The position numbers were made by a program, and so were the translations under genes. From contig CAYVLA010000033.1 of the NCBI GenBank assembly GCA_964452145.1, positions 1 through 29,758 on the forward strand: a stretch of DNA of 29,758 bases, in the 5' to 3' direction. This document shows positions 16,824 to 25,131 of this stretch, one piece after another; the stretch's first letter is position 1, and every line of letters starts with the position of its first letter. The stretch is from Candidatus Hadarchaeota archaeon (GTDB lineage: Archaea > CAYQAE01 > CAYVLA01). The notes below the pieces were generated by a model. The model had not been told where the DNA came from. It saw only the letters and a list, made by a program, of their open reading frames with translations, and did not search any database.

Positions 16824-19619
16824 CTAGCTCGGCCAATACGGTCGTGTGACCTCGTACTTCCCGCTAGCCCTTACCAGGTCCGCGATGAACTCCGCCTCAT
16901 CTTCATGCATCCGACTGAGGATCTTCGAGGCCGTCTGGGGACCGATGCCCCTCACCTCAAGAGCCAGGATGGCCTTCCTACCGTAGATGGCTACCAGGTC
17001 GGCCTTCCTCTTCAGCTTGGACATCATCTCGCGGTTCTGGGCTCTGCCACCGGAAACCTTGATCTCAAGAGCCAATCTCTCCTCGACCCCGGAAGGCAGC
17101 GTGAGGAAGCGGGAGCCGCAGGACAGGCACTCCGGGCGCTCCTCCAGGTCTCCGATCCTCGTCCTCCTCTCCTCTCCGCAATCGAAGCATCTGACTCGGA
17201 CGGTGCGCCTCAGGAGCCTGTTCCTGATCCTCCGGGTCTCCTCCCTGGAGGTTCCTGAGCCCAGCTCGGGCATCGCAGCATACCTTTCCAGGATCCTTCG
17301 GGCGCAGATGGTCGGCCCCTCCTCCACGGATCTCTCGAAGCACCTGATCACCACCTCGCCTTGTGACAGGGCAGAGACGAGTTCCGCCGTGCCCTGGACG
17401 TCGAGCCTCTCCACCATCCCCTCCCTTATCCCCTCCTCGTATGCAGGGGTCCCCCTCAACCTGTTTTCCAGGTCCCTTGACCTAGCGTCGAACAGGTGGA
17501 TCCCTCTCGGGATGACTCCGAACCTGGCAGCGATGTGCTTTAGGCTGAACGGATAGCTTTGCTCGATCTGGCGCCGGACGAGGGCCTCCACGTCCTCGGC
17601 CCTCAAGTCGGCAAGCCGCCGGGCCACTCGCTCCATCCGTGCCAGCAAGGGTTTCCTACCGAAATCGATCATGATGCGATATGCATCCGAGTTGGCAACG
17701 AGATCCGGGCCTTCGCGCTCGCCCATGGCACCCTCGGCGAAGAGCTGCCTTAGGACGAGGATGAGGGTGCGGTTTATGTTCGTCCCGTAACAGCAATGAA
17801 CGACGAGGAAGCGATCAAAGATCTCGAACGCAAGCTCGCCCGGATCAGGCACCAAGCCATCCGCCTTCTCGATCTCAAGTTCCTCTTCAACCAGGGCCAT
17901 CGCCTCATCGTCCACCGCGACGCTTGGCTCTAGGAGATCCATCCGCCTCCTAAGAAGAGCGGTTCTCTGAGCGACCTCCCGCGCAACGGGAGGTAGTTCC
18001 CCGTCCCAGCCCGGTATCGCCCCGAGGTTGTACTCGCTCGGACTCACCGTCACCACGCCGTCGTTCCCGAGCTTTACGATCCTCCACACCCTTCCCCTAC
18101 AGATGAAGTCCAGGCCGACCCGGCAGTAGAGGGCGACGAATTCCTCCCCAAGGTTGCCAACGACACTGCCGCTGGAGAGGTCCATGATCGGGTATCTTCT
18201 CTCATCGGGGATCATGGAGAGGTTCTCAAAGTAGTATCTCGATGTGGCACTGGTCCTCCTGAGGTGGCCCGCGGATTCGGATAGGATGCCTAGACTCTCC
18301 ATGAAATGGACGACATCGAGGAACTCAGAATAGGTGAGCTTACGGTACGGATGAGCCCTGCGGATGAGTTCGTAGGCCTCGTTGGGCCTGGGGTTGAGGC
18401 CGTCCATGAGAAGTCCCGCCACTTGATGGGCCAAAACATCCAATGCCTTCTCGTGAGGCCTGGGGGATTCCAGCCTTCCATCGATGAATAGCCTGGCAAT
18501 GGCGATGGACTCCAGAACCTGCTCAGCCGTCGTGCATATGATAGATCCTTGGGAGCGTTCCCCGGGGCGATGACCCGATCTCCCGAACCTCTGAACCAGC
18601 GAGGAGACCGCCATAGGGGAGAGGTACTGCACTACAAAATCCACGAACCCTACGTCTATGCCCAGCTCCAGAGTGGACGTGCACACCAGGGCCCGTAGCT
18701 CGCCTCTCTTGAAGGAGTCCTCCATCGCGCTTCGCTCCTCCCGGGAAATCGAGCCGTGGTGGACTCCGGCCTGCATGATCTTGGAGAGGCGGTAACCCAG
18801 CATCTCGACCAGCGTTCGAGCGTTGGCGAACACAAGGACGGAGCGGTGGGCCTCGACGAGTTCCTTGATCCTCCGAACTCTGGCGGCTGCCTCGGGAGAC
18901 GAGAACAGGTCGTCAGCAAGGTCTAGGTCCCCGGGATGGGGCTGCGGGTATTCAACTCTGAACTGGTACTCCTTGGCCAGGGGAGGCACCTGGATTTCGC
19001 GGGGCTGCAGGCCGCAGATCAGCCTGGCTGCCTCCTCGGGTTCCGCAAGCGTTGCCGATAGGCCAATGATCTGGAATCCCTCCCTGCAAAGGAGTCGCAG
19101 CCTCTCCAGCCCCACTGCCAACTGGACTCCCCTCTTGCTGGTCAGGATTGCATGGACCTCGTCGACAACCACCCATCTGACCCCGGCGAGGTGTTTGCGC
19201 ATGGCCGTTCCCGCGAGGAGGGCTTGCAGGGTCTCGGGCGTTGTGACCATGAGTTCGGGGGGATAGCGGGCTTGCTTCCGCCTCGTCGCAGGCGAGGTGT
19301 CGCCGTGCCTGACGTCAACCGAGATGCCGAGGGCTTGCGCCCATGCTGACAGCCTCCTGACCATGTCCCGCCCAAGAGCTCTGAGAGGGGTGATGTACAG
19401 GATGGAGATGCCCTTTCCTCGGCTCTGCAGGTATCTGCTGAGAATCGGAAGCATGGCGGCCTCGGTCTTCCCGCAGCCGGTCGGCGCCACGATGAGAAGG
19501 TTCTTGCCTGCAAGAATGGCCGGCACGGCCCGCTTCTGGACATCGTTTAGAGAAGGCAGGCCCGAGCATCCAAATGCCCGCTGAAACTCCCGACCTTCCT
19601 CGAATCCTATGTGAGCCAT
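16824..19619 (-). CDS. lhr: Lhr-like SF2 DEAD/H helicase with C-terminal Zn ribbon and HhH-like motif
   Basis: APTGCGKTEAA, YITPLRAL, RHGDT, TTPETL, VVDEVH, GLSAT, HHGS, TSTLELGIDVG, QRFGRSGH, DVLAHQ, YFENLSMIPD. C-terminal CFDC..CLSC and RGIGPQTA. Start taken as ATG 19619. Confidence 0.93.
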   Translation of the reverse strand: MAHIGFEEGREFQRAFGCSGLPSLNDVQKRAVPAILAGKNLLIVAPTGCGKTEAAMLPILSRYLQSRGKGISILYITPLRALGRDMVRRLSAWAQALGISVDVRHGDTSPATRRKQARYPPELMVTTPETLQALLAGTAMRKHLAGVRWVVVDEVHAILTSKRGVQLAVGLERLRLLCREGFQIIGLSATLAEPEEAARLICGLQPREIQVPPLAKEYQFRVEYPQPHPGDLDLADDLFSSPEAAARVRRIKELVEAHRSVLVFANARTLVEMLGYRLSKIMQAGVHHGSISREERSAMEDSFKRGELRALVCTSTLELGIDVGFVDFVVQYLSPMAVSSLVQRFGRSGHRPGERSQGSIICTTAEQVLESIAIARLFIDGRLESPRPHEKALDVLAHQVAGLLMDGLNPRPNEAYELIRRAHPYRKLTYSEFLDVVHFMESLGILSESAGHLRRTSATSRYYFENLSMIPDERRYPIMDLSSGSVVGNLGEEFVALYCRVGLDFICRGRVWRIVKLGNDGVVTVSPSEYNLGAIPGWDGELPPVAREVAQRTALLRRRMDLLEPSVAVDDEAMALVEEELEIEKADGLVPDPGELAFEIFDRFLVVHCCYGTNINRTLILVLRQLFAEGAMGEREGPDLVANSDAYRIMIDFGRKPLLARMERVARRLADLRAEDVEALVRRQIEQSYPFSLKHIAARFGVIPRGIHLFDARSRDLENRLRGTPAYEEGIREGMVERLDVQGTAELVSALSQGEVVIRCFERSVEEGPTICARRILERYAAMPELGSGTSREETRRIRNRLLRRTVRVRCFDCGEERRTRIGDLEERPECLSCGSRFLTLPSGVEERLALEIKVSGGRAQNREMMSKLKRKADLVAIYGRKAILALEVRGIGPQTASKILSRMHEDEAEFIADLVRASGKYEVTRPYWPS

Positions 19620-20740
19620 GATCCACCATCCTCGTGGATGCCCGGGGGAGTGAGACGCCTGAGAGATCGTAGGGCCCCCATCTTCTCCCAATCGCCTAGC
19701 TTGGCATCTTTGACCGCGTTGCTGAGCACCTCTATCCCCTCGTCGTAGGAGTGTCTATCCACCGGGTAGGGAACCCCGTCCTTGCCTCCGAAGGCGTAGG
19801 AGTACTTGACGGGGTCCTCCCAGCTTGGGGGCTTCCCGTAGATGAGGTCGGAGATCAGGGCGAGGGCTCTCACGGTCATGGGCCCCACGCCTCTAACGAG
19901 GACTAGATCCTCGTAGTTTCTCGGCCTGAAGTCGTAGATCCTGTTCATGACCGCCCAGTCTACTCTTTCCGGCAGGACTCTGTGAGAAGGCAACTTCCCG
20001 CCCGCCCACTGCAAGAGGGACCTCTGAAAGCCTGCCCTCAGCATGGCGAGATCATCCAACAACTGTTCCCGGCTGTGGCCCGCGAGCTCGAGGCTCATCT
20101 TACGGCATTGACGTGCTTCCTTGGAGGTCATATTCAGAACGGAGTCCCGCCGCAGATCGCAGGCAATCCCGGAGTGTGGTTCCTCGACGAATCCCTTCAG
20201 GTCAACAGACAGCCAGTGGTACCTCCTAGCGGTTCTTGATACCGGGTCCATGCCCTGTTGGACGACTGCCCACTCGCCCGACTCTGATATGAACATGCAG
20301 TGATGGTAGAGGTTGTACCCGTCCTGTATGAGAGCGGAGTCGACCTTTGCCGAGAGCCTGCTTGCCCTCTTCAGATCCTCGGCCCCAGAGGTCCCAAGGG
20401 ACAGACGAGGCGCGAGTTGGTCTATCTCGGCGGGGGCCATTCTCGATCGGGATCCCTTCCCTCCAACCACCGCGACCCCGTGTTCCTCCGGGTCAAGAAC
20501 CGTCTTCAGCACCCCACAGAGAACGGTCGTTGTGCCCGAGCTGTGCCAGTCGAAGGCCAGAACGCAACTCAGCGCCTGGAACCAATCCGGATCTGACAAC
20601 CTCTTCAGAAGCTCCATCTCATCGTACTCGGAAATCATGGCCTCGCAGATGGCCCTAGCCAACCTCACCATCCGTTGAACAAGCCACTGGGGCGCCGCCC
20701 CCCCGTGAAGGGGAAGATCCATGGTTCCCGTTCTGGGCAT
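19607..20740 (-). CDS. DUF763 domain protein
   Basis: LPLHGG.AP.WL, RLSDP.WFQA, DWHSSGTTT, AKVD..QDGY.LYHH, VQQGM, ARRYHW, GVGP.TVRALAL, DPVKYSYAFGGKDGVPYPV. Confidence 0.93.
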   Translation of the reverse strand: MPRTGTMDLPLHGGAAPQWLVQRMVRLARAICEAMISEYDEMELLKRLSDPDWFQALSCVLAFDWHSSGTTTVLCGVLKTVLDPEEHGVAVVGGKGSRSRMAPAEIDQLAPRLSLGTSGAEDLKRASRLSAKVDSALIQDGYNLYHHCMFISESGEWAVVQQGMDPVSRTARRYHWLSVDLKGFVEEPHSGIACDLRRDSVLNMTSKEARQCRKMSLELAGHSREQLLDDLAMLRAGFQRSLLQWAGGKLPSHRVLPERVDWAVMNRIYDFRPRNYEDLVLVRGVGPMTVRALALISDLIYGKPPSWEDPVKYSYAFGGKDGVPYPVDRHSYDEGIEVLSNAVKDAKLGDWEKMGALRSLRRLTPPGIHEDGGSWLT

Positions 20741-20903
20741 CGCCTAACCCACCTGCATCATGGGTCTCCCAATTAAAGATTTGTTTGAGCCCCGTGCCCG
20801 TGCCTTGGCCTCCCTAGCTGCCGCCACGCGGTGCGTTCGATGACCCCCAGTCGGGAACCGGACAGATCAAAGGAGTTAAGAGCCAAGATGGACAGGTGCG
20901 TGC

Positions 20904-21914
20904 ATGCACAAGTGCGATCGCCCCATCGAGGGCGTTCAGATCAAAGATCGGATGACCGTGGAGGACATCGTGCGACAGATGGGTGGAACGGCCTTCCAGG
21001 CGAGGAACCTGGGACATGCCGCGGATGTGTGGAGAAGGATGTTGGCCGATCCAACCACGACGGTGTTCCTTGGATTGGCCGGGGCGATGGTCCCGGCCGG
21101 GATGCGCAGCACGATCTGTACTGCCTTGGAGAACCACATGGTCGACGTGTGCGTCTCCACCGGAGCCAATCTCTACCACGACATCCATGAGGCCCTCGGC
21201 GGCCACCACTGGCAGGGGGATGCATCAGCTGACGACAGAAAGCTCGGCAGGGACATGATAGACCGGATCTACGACGTCTACGCGAGCGAGGAAGCATTTC
21301 AGGAAACCGACCATGCCATCGCGAAGATATCGGCTCGAATGGGGGAGAGGAGAATGACCACCAGACAGTACTTGGATCGTCTGGGGCGGGCCGTATCCTC
21401 CGGGAAGTCGCGAGATGGCGTGGTGAGCACGGCCGCCAGAGAGGGGATCCCCCTCTTCTGCCCTGCCATCGCGGACAGCTCACTTGGAATCAGCATGGTC
21501 CTGGCCAGACGAGAGCTGGGGCGCTGCCCCCGATTGGATCTGGTCGCCGACATCGAGGAGATAACCGAGATCGTGACTAGGAGCGAAAGCACCGGGGTCA
21601 TCTACGTCGGCGGCGGGACCCCAAAGAACTACATTCAGCAGACCCAGGTCGTGGCCAAGCTGCTGGGCAATGACAGGGGAGGGCACCGTTACGCCATCCA
21701 GATCACGACCGACGCTCCTCACTGGGGGGGCCTGTCTGGTTGCACCCTCGAGGAATCCATCTCATGGGGCAAGGTATCGCCCAGGGCTCGGATGGCCACC
21801 GTCCACTCAGATGCGACCATAGCCTTCCCACTGCTGGTTGCAGCCGTCCTCGGCTCTGCAAAGAGCGAGACCTGGGAGAGGCCCAAACGGAGCTTTGACT
21901 ACCTCAGGCCTTGA
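20904..21914 (+). CDS. dys: Deoxyhypusine synthase family protein
   Basis: FLGLAGAMVPAG, STGANLYHD, DRIYD, PAIADSSLG, GGGTPKNY, GGLSGCTLEESISWGK (catalytic Lys retained), DATIAFP. Confidence 0.92.
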   Translation: MHKCDRPIEGVQIKDRMTVEDIVRQMGGTAFQARNLGHAADVWRRMLADPTTTVFLGLAGAMVPAGMRSTICTALENHMVDVCVSTGANLYHDIHEALGGHHWQGDASADDRKLGRDMIDRIYDVYASEEAFQETDHAIAKISARMGERRMTTRQYLDRLGRAVSSGKSRDGVVSTAAREGIPLFCPAIADSSLGISMVLARRELGRCPRLDLVADIEEITEIVTRSESTGVIYVGGGTPKNYIQQTQVVAKLLGNDRGGHRYAIQITTDAPHWGGLSGCTLEESISWGKVSPRARMATVHSDATIAFPLLVAAVLGSAKSETWERPKRSFDYLRP

Positions 21915-22666
21915 TGGTAGAGCTTGGCCCACTGGCCCTCGCGCAGCCAGCGGTCGTACGCCTCATCGACGCTTTCGGAGACCATAACGTAATCTCGGAT
22001 GAACTCGAGGTGGAGCCGAACCAGGTAGGCGACTCGGTCATCTGTAGGATTGCCCTCGGACAGCTCGGCCCCGAGGGCCTCCAACGGCGTCCCCAGGTAG
22101 GGACGGCCTAGGAGGATCGTCTCGCAGTTGTGGCCCTCCCAGGTGAGCATCTGGTCAAGCATCCTTGCCTGAACCCCGGCAAGGCAGAGCCACTTCCCAC
22201 CAGCCCTCAGAATCGACAGGACCCTGTCCGCCAACCGCCGAATCGCCTTGCCCGTATTGCTGCAGGATTGCGCAATGCTGGATCGCCACTCCGGAATCGA
22301 GATACGAGTCGAGAGGGATCTGTACTCCAGAAGCGAGATGGACATCTTGTCTTCGAGCGTCATCATTTCCCCCTGCATGTCACCTACACAGATGACAGGT
22401 GTTAGGGGCCCGTCGACCAGGCTGAGACACTCCAGGAGCGGTCCGTTCCTGTACAGCCACGAACCCGACAGGGTGCCCAGGAGCTGGCCCACGGCTTCCT
22501 CGGTCCAGGCAGGGTCAAAGCCGCTCCTCGCCCGGTCAACGATATGCTGCATTTCCTGTGGGACGTCCATCAGGATGCCGTCGTATGAGCCCTCCCCGAT
22601 CATCCTAGCTGCTTCCGCCCCCGATCTTGCCAGGATGGTCATCAGACCCAGCCTGACCGACGCCAT
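21899..22666 (-). CDS. Hypothetical alpha/beta protein
   Basis: 255-aa ORF with protein-like composition that fills the gap between dhs and the divergent 22735 gene. No motif recognised with confidence. Confidence 0.65.
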   Translation of the reverse strand: MASVRLGLMTILARSGAEAARMIGEGSYDGILMDVPQEMQHIVDRARSGFDPAWTEEAVGQLLGTLSGSWLYRNGPLLECLSLVDGPLTPVICVGDMQGEMMTLEDKMSISLLEYRSLSTRISIPEWRSSIAQSCSNTGKAIRRLADRVLSILRAGGKWLCLAGVQARMLDQMLTWEGHNCETILLGRPYLGTPLEALGAELSEGNPTDDRVAYLVRLHLEFIRDYVMVSESVDEAYDRWLREGQWAKLYHQGLR

Positions 22667-22734
22667 GAGATCACACCGATACGGATGCCTTCGGAAAAGA
22701 TAATAGAGACCCCTCCACTTGTCAATCGATTTGC

Positions 22735-23832
22735 ATGGGGAGCGGAACGGACAAGATTCCGGAGCCTTTCGTAAAGTCCAGAATAATGTCTTATTCCCTC
22801 GACGCCCTGATAGGTTTCGCCGAGAAGAGAGGTGTCGTACACAGAGCGGGAACCTCCAAGGAGGAGTTCGTCGACATCCTCTACGCCGCGCACAGAGAAG
22901 TCGCCGATGAGCTCTACAATGCAGCGGAGATAAAGAAAAACGTCACGGCCGACCTTCTGCTCGAACGCACCGCCGAAATGCAGCAAGTCCCCAGGGAGGG
23001 CGCAACTCGCGATGATCTCGTGCTGTCGCTCATGGAGCGGGAAACCAGAGACATCCTGTGGGACGTGCAGCTCCTCATGGCCCAGGAAAGGGCTAAGACC
23101 TTTCGGAGGTACACGCTCGGGGAAGGGCGGATCGAGGCCGATCTGCAAGCCTTGTTGGAGGCCGAATCACCGTCCTTTGAGGAGCTGAGGAACGCGGTTG
23201 AGTCCCGCCTGAGCATGCCGGGCAAGCTTGCCACCCTGGAGAGGGTACTCCTCCGGGACGAGGCATTCCTATTCTTCATCAAGTACGTCGACAAGATCCG
23301 TTACGCAGAGGAGATGGAGGGAAGGCACTGGGACACCTTGATCAGGCGGGTCATCGCGGTCTTTCATTCGCCGTCCGGTTTCCTGGAGATAGGCACCCCA
23401 GATCCCAACAGGGAGGCAAGGACTCTGACGATCCTATCGCATTTCCTGTGCGGCAGCGAAGACGCCTTCTCGCCCTGGGGAATCTCAACGGACCAACTTC
23501 TGGCCAGCATCTCCGATCCGGGATGGGTTTCCGACAGGGCGGGCTCGGGCGCCGTCGGGATCTCGTACGTTGACTTCACCAATATCGATCTTCAAGGCCG
23601 TCCCCAGAAGATCTCACTCCTGGGGGATGACGTCTTGCTCACCCTGAGATCCCTTTCGCAGGGAGGACTCGATCTGTCCAGAATCGGGAAGCTCCACAAG
23701 GTCAGATTCGTCTACAAGGGAAGGAAGATAGACCTATTCCCCGAGGATGGGAGATTCATATTCCTGGCCTACATGGACGAGAAGCAGAGGATATCCTTCT
23801 ATAACTGGGTCTCGGCCCAGGGATGGGCCTAG
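22735..23832 (+). CDS. Hypothetical protein with two N-terminal HeH/SAP-like repeats; possible nucleic-acid-binding protein
   Basis: 365-aa ORF. Repeats SLDALIGFAEKRGV..GTSKEEFVDIL and TADLLLERTAEMQQV..GATRDDLVLSL. Its stop overlaps the stop of the convergent gene. Confidence 0.75.
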   Translation: MGSGTDKIPEPFVKSRIMSYSLDALIGFAEKRGVVHRAGTSKEEFVDILYAAHREVADELYNAAEIKKNVTADLLLERTAEMQQVPREGATRDDLVLSLMERETRDILWDVQLLMAQERAKTFRRYTLGEGRIEADLQALLEAESPSFEELRNAVESRLSMPGKLATLERVLLRDEAFLFFIKYVDKIRYAEEMEGRHWDTLIRRVIAVFHSPSGFLEIGTPDPNREARTLTILSHFLCGSEDAFSPWGISTDQLLASISDPGWVSDRAGSGAVGISYVDFTNIDLQGRPQKISLLGDDVLLTLRSLSQGGLDLSRIGKLHKVRFVYKGRKIDLFPEDGRFIFLAYMDEKQRISFYNWVSAQGWA

Positions 23833-24380
23833 GCAGGCTCCTGCCGGTCCGGCCCTGACCTTGCCCGGGCTGCCAGAAAGAGGCGCTTCAGCTTTTCCTG
23901 GTCTATCTCAGCCAGAGCCCTCCACGAAAGGCCGATCATCTCTCCATCCCGTGCCAAGTAGCCGGCCTCCACCATTCTGTCGATTCTCCGGGGGGAGATC
24001 TTCTTGGTCCCGAGGATGTTCACCAGCTCGAGCTCTTTGGCCCGGCCGCCCCGGCTCGCCAGATACGCGCTCGTGACGGCCAGGGCCGCAAGGGATCGAC
24101 GGTCCCATCCGCACATCTTCAGGTCCTCCCTGCGCAGGGGCTCCCTCGATCTGACAAACGCCCTCTTTCTACCTTCGGACATGAATCCCTCCGTTTCGTC
24201 CACGACAACGATTTCGAGTCCGAGCTGTCCCAGCTGCTCCTTGAGCCCTGCAATTACATCCTCCAAGGGTGCTTGGCAGACCTTTTCAAGCTCGTCCAGA
24301 GAGGCTCCAGGGCGCAGACCTCGCCGGAACAGGATCATCCTCAGAACCGATGCTTCATCTGGCGACAGCATCCGCGTCAT
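23829..24380 (-). CDS. KITE-like tandem winged-helix protein (ScpB/Nse1/Nse3-like)
   Basis: Third gene of the SMC operon. VI..LKEQLGQLGLEI in the first WH and IDRMVEAGYL..IGLSWRALAEI in the second resemble the Nse1/MAGE G.RA..E motif. Confidence 0.65.
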   Translation of the reverse strand: MTRMLSPDEASVLRMILFRRGLRPGASLDELEKVCQAPLEDVIAGLKEQLGQLGLEIVVVDETEGFMSEGRKRAFVRSREPLRREDLKMCGWDRRSLAALAVTSAYLASRGGRAKELELVNILGTKKISPRRIDRMVEAGYLARDGEMIGLSWRALAEIDQEKLKRLFLAARARSGPDRQEPA

Positions 24381-25131
24381 CCCTTCCGGCCCGCCTCACG
24401 ATCACGGCAAGGCTCTGGGATCTCAGCCTCGGTCCACCGCTGGCCTCCACAATTCTCGCATCTTCCCCGTCGGGCTCCAGCTCCAGCCTTCCCTGTGAGA
24501 CCAGGAAGCTGACAAGGTAGCTGCGGCTGACCATCTCGGGGAACTCGGCCCGGCCGCTCCGGGTGATGAAATCCTTGTAGGATATCCCGGGCTGATCGCC
24601 CCTGGCCGCAAGCTCCGCCGCCAGCGCGTCCAGCATATGCTCGAACGGGATCTCTCGGACAACCTGCCGTGCCGCATCCGAGTCTGCCCCAAAACTCAGG
24701 AACCTGTCGAGCGGAGCCTCCTCTCGCCGGCCGGCGCTAGGAAGCTCGTCCCAGTGCGCCTTGCCCATTCGCATAGCCCCTTCGGTGACGGCCTCCAGCT
24801 CGACTAGAGGGTGGAAGCTCTTGATGAACAACGTGTTCAACGTCCGGGTGGGGAGGGATCGAATCTTGTCCCTGGCTATGTCAGAATCCACGTATAGCTC
24901 ATCAGCCTCGTAGCGCAGCCACCGGCACTGCAGACGAACGGTGGCGACGATCATCCTTAGGAGGGACGCATAGAGGACATGATCCTCCGTCCCCTGCAGT
25001 CTCTCCCATGCCCCGGACAGAAGCCTCCAGAGGTCCCATGCGTCGACCTGGGGCGGCAGCAGCTCCCCGCTCAAGGCTTTCTCACAGGTCTCCACCCCCT
25101 GCCTGAGCGCGTCCGCCACTTCGCTCATCAC
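24355..25131 (-). CDS. Kleisin-like (ScpA/Nse4-like) protein
   Basis: Overlaps the SMC stop. Helical N-terminus with P.QVD.W (cf. ScpA DPWDID), and a C-terminal WH-like ISYKDFI..VSRSYLVSFLVSQGRLEL (cf. ScpA C-terminus). Confidence 0.65.
   Translation of the reverse strand: MMSEVADALRQGVETCEKALSGELLPPQVDAWDLWRLLSGAWERLQGTEDHVLYASLLRMIVATVRLQCRWLRYEADELYVDSDIARDKIRSLPTRTLNTLFIKSFHPLVELEAVTEGAMRMGKAHWDELPSAGRREEAPLDRFLSFGADSDAARQVVREIPFEHMLDALAAELAARGDQPGISYKDFITRSGRAEFPEMVSRSYLVSFLVSQGRLELEPDGEDARIVEASGGPRLRSQSLAVIVRRAGRDDADAVAR

Noticed and set aside
20904..21914. Possible degenerate deoxyhypusine synthase
   Set aside because: The catalytic SWGK Lys and NAD-binding motifs are intact; nothing unusual is visible.
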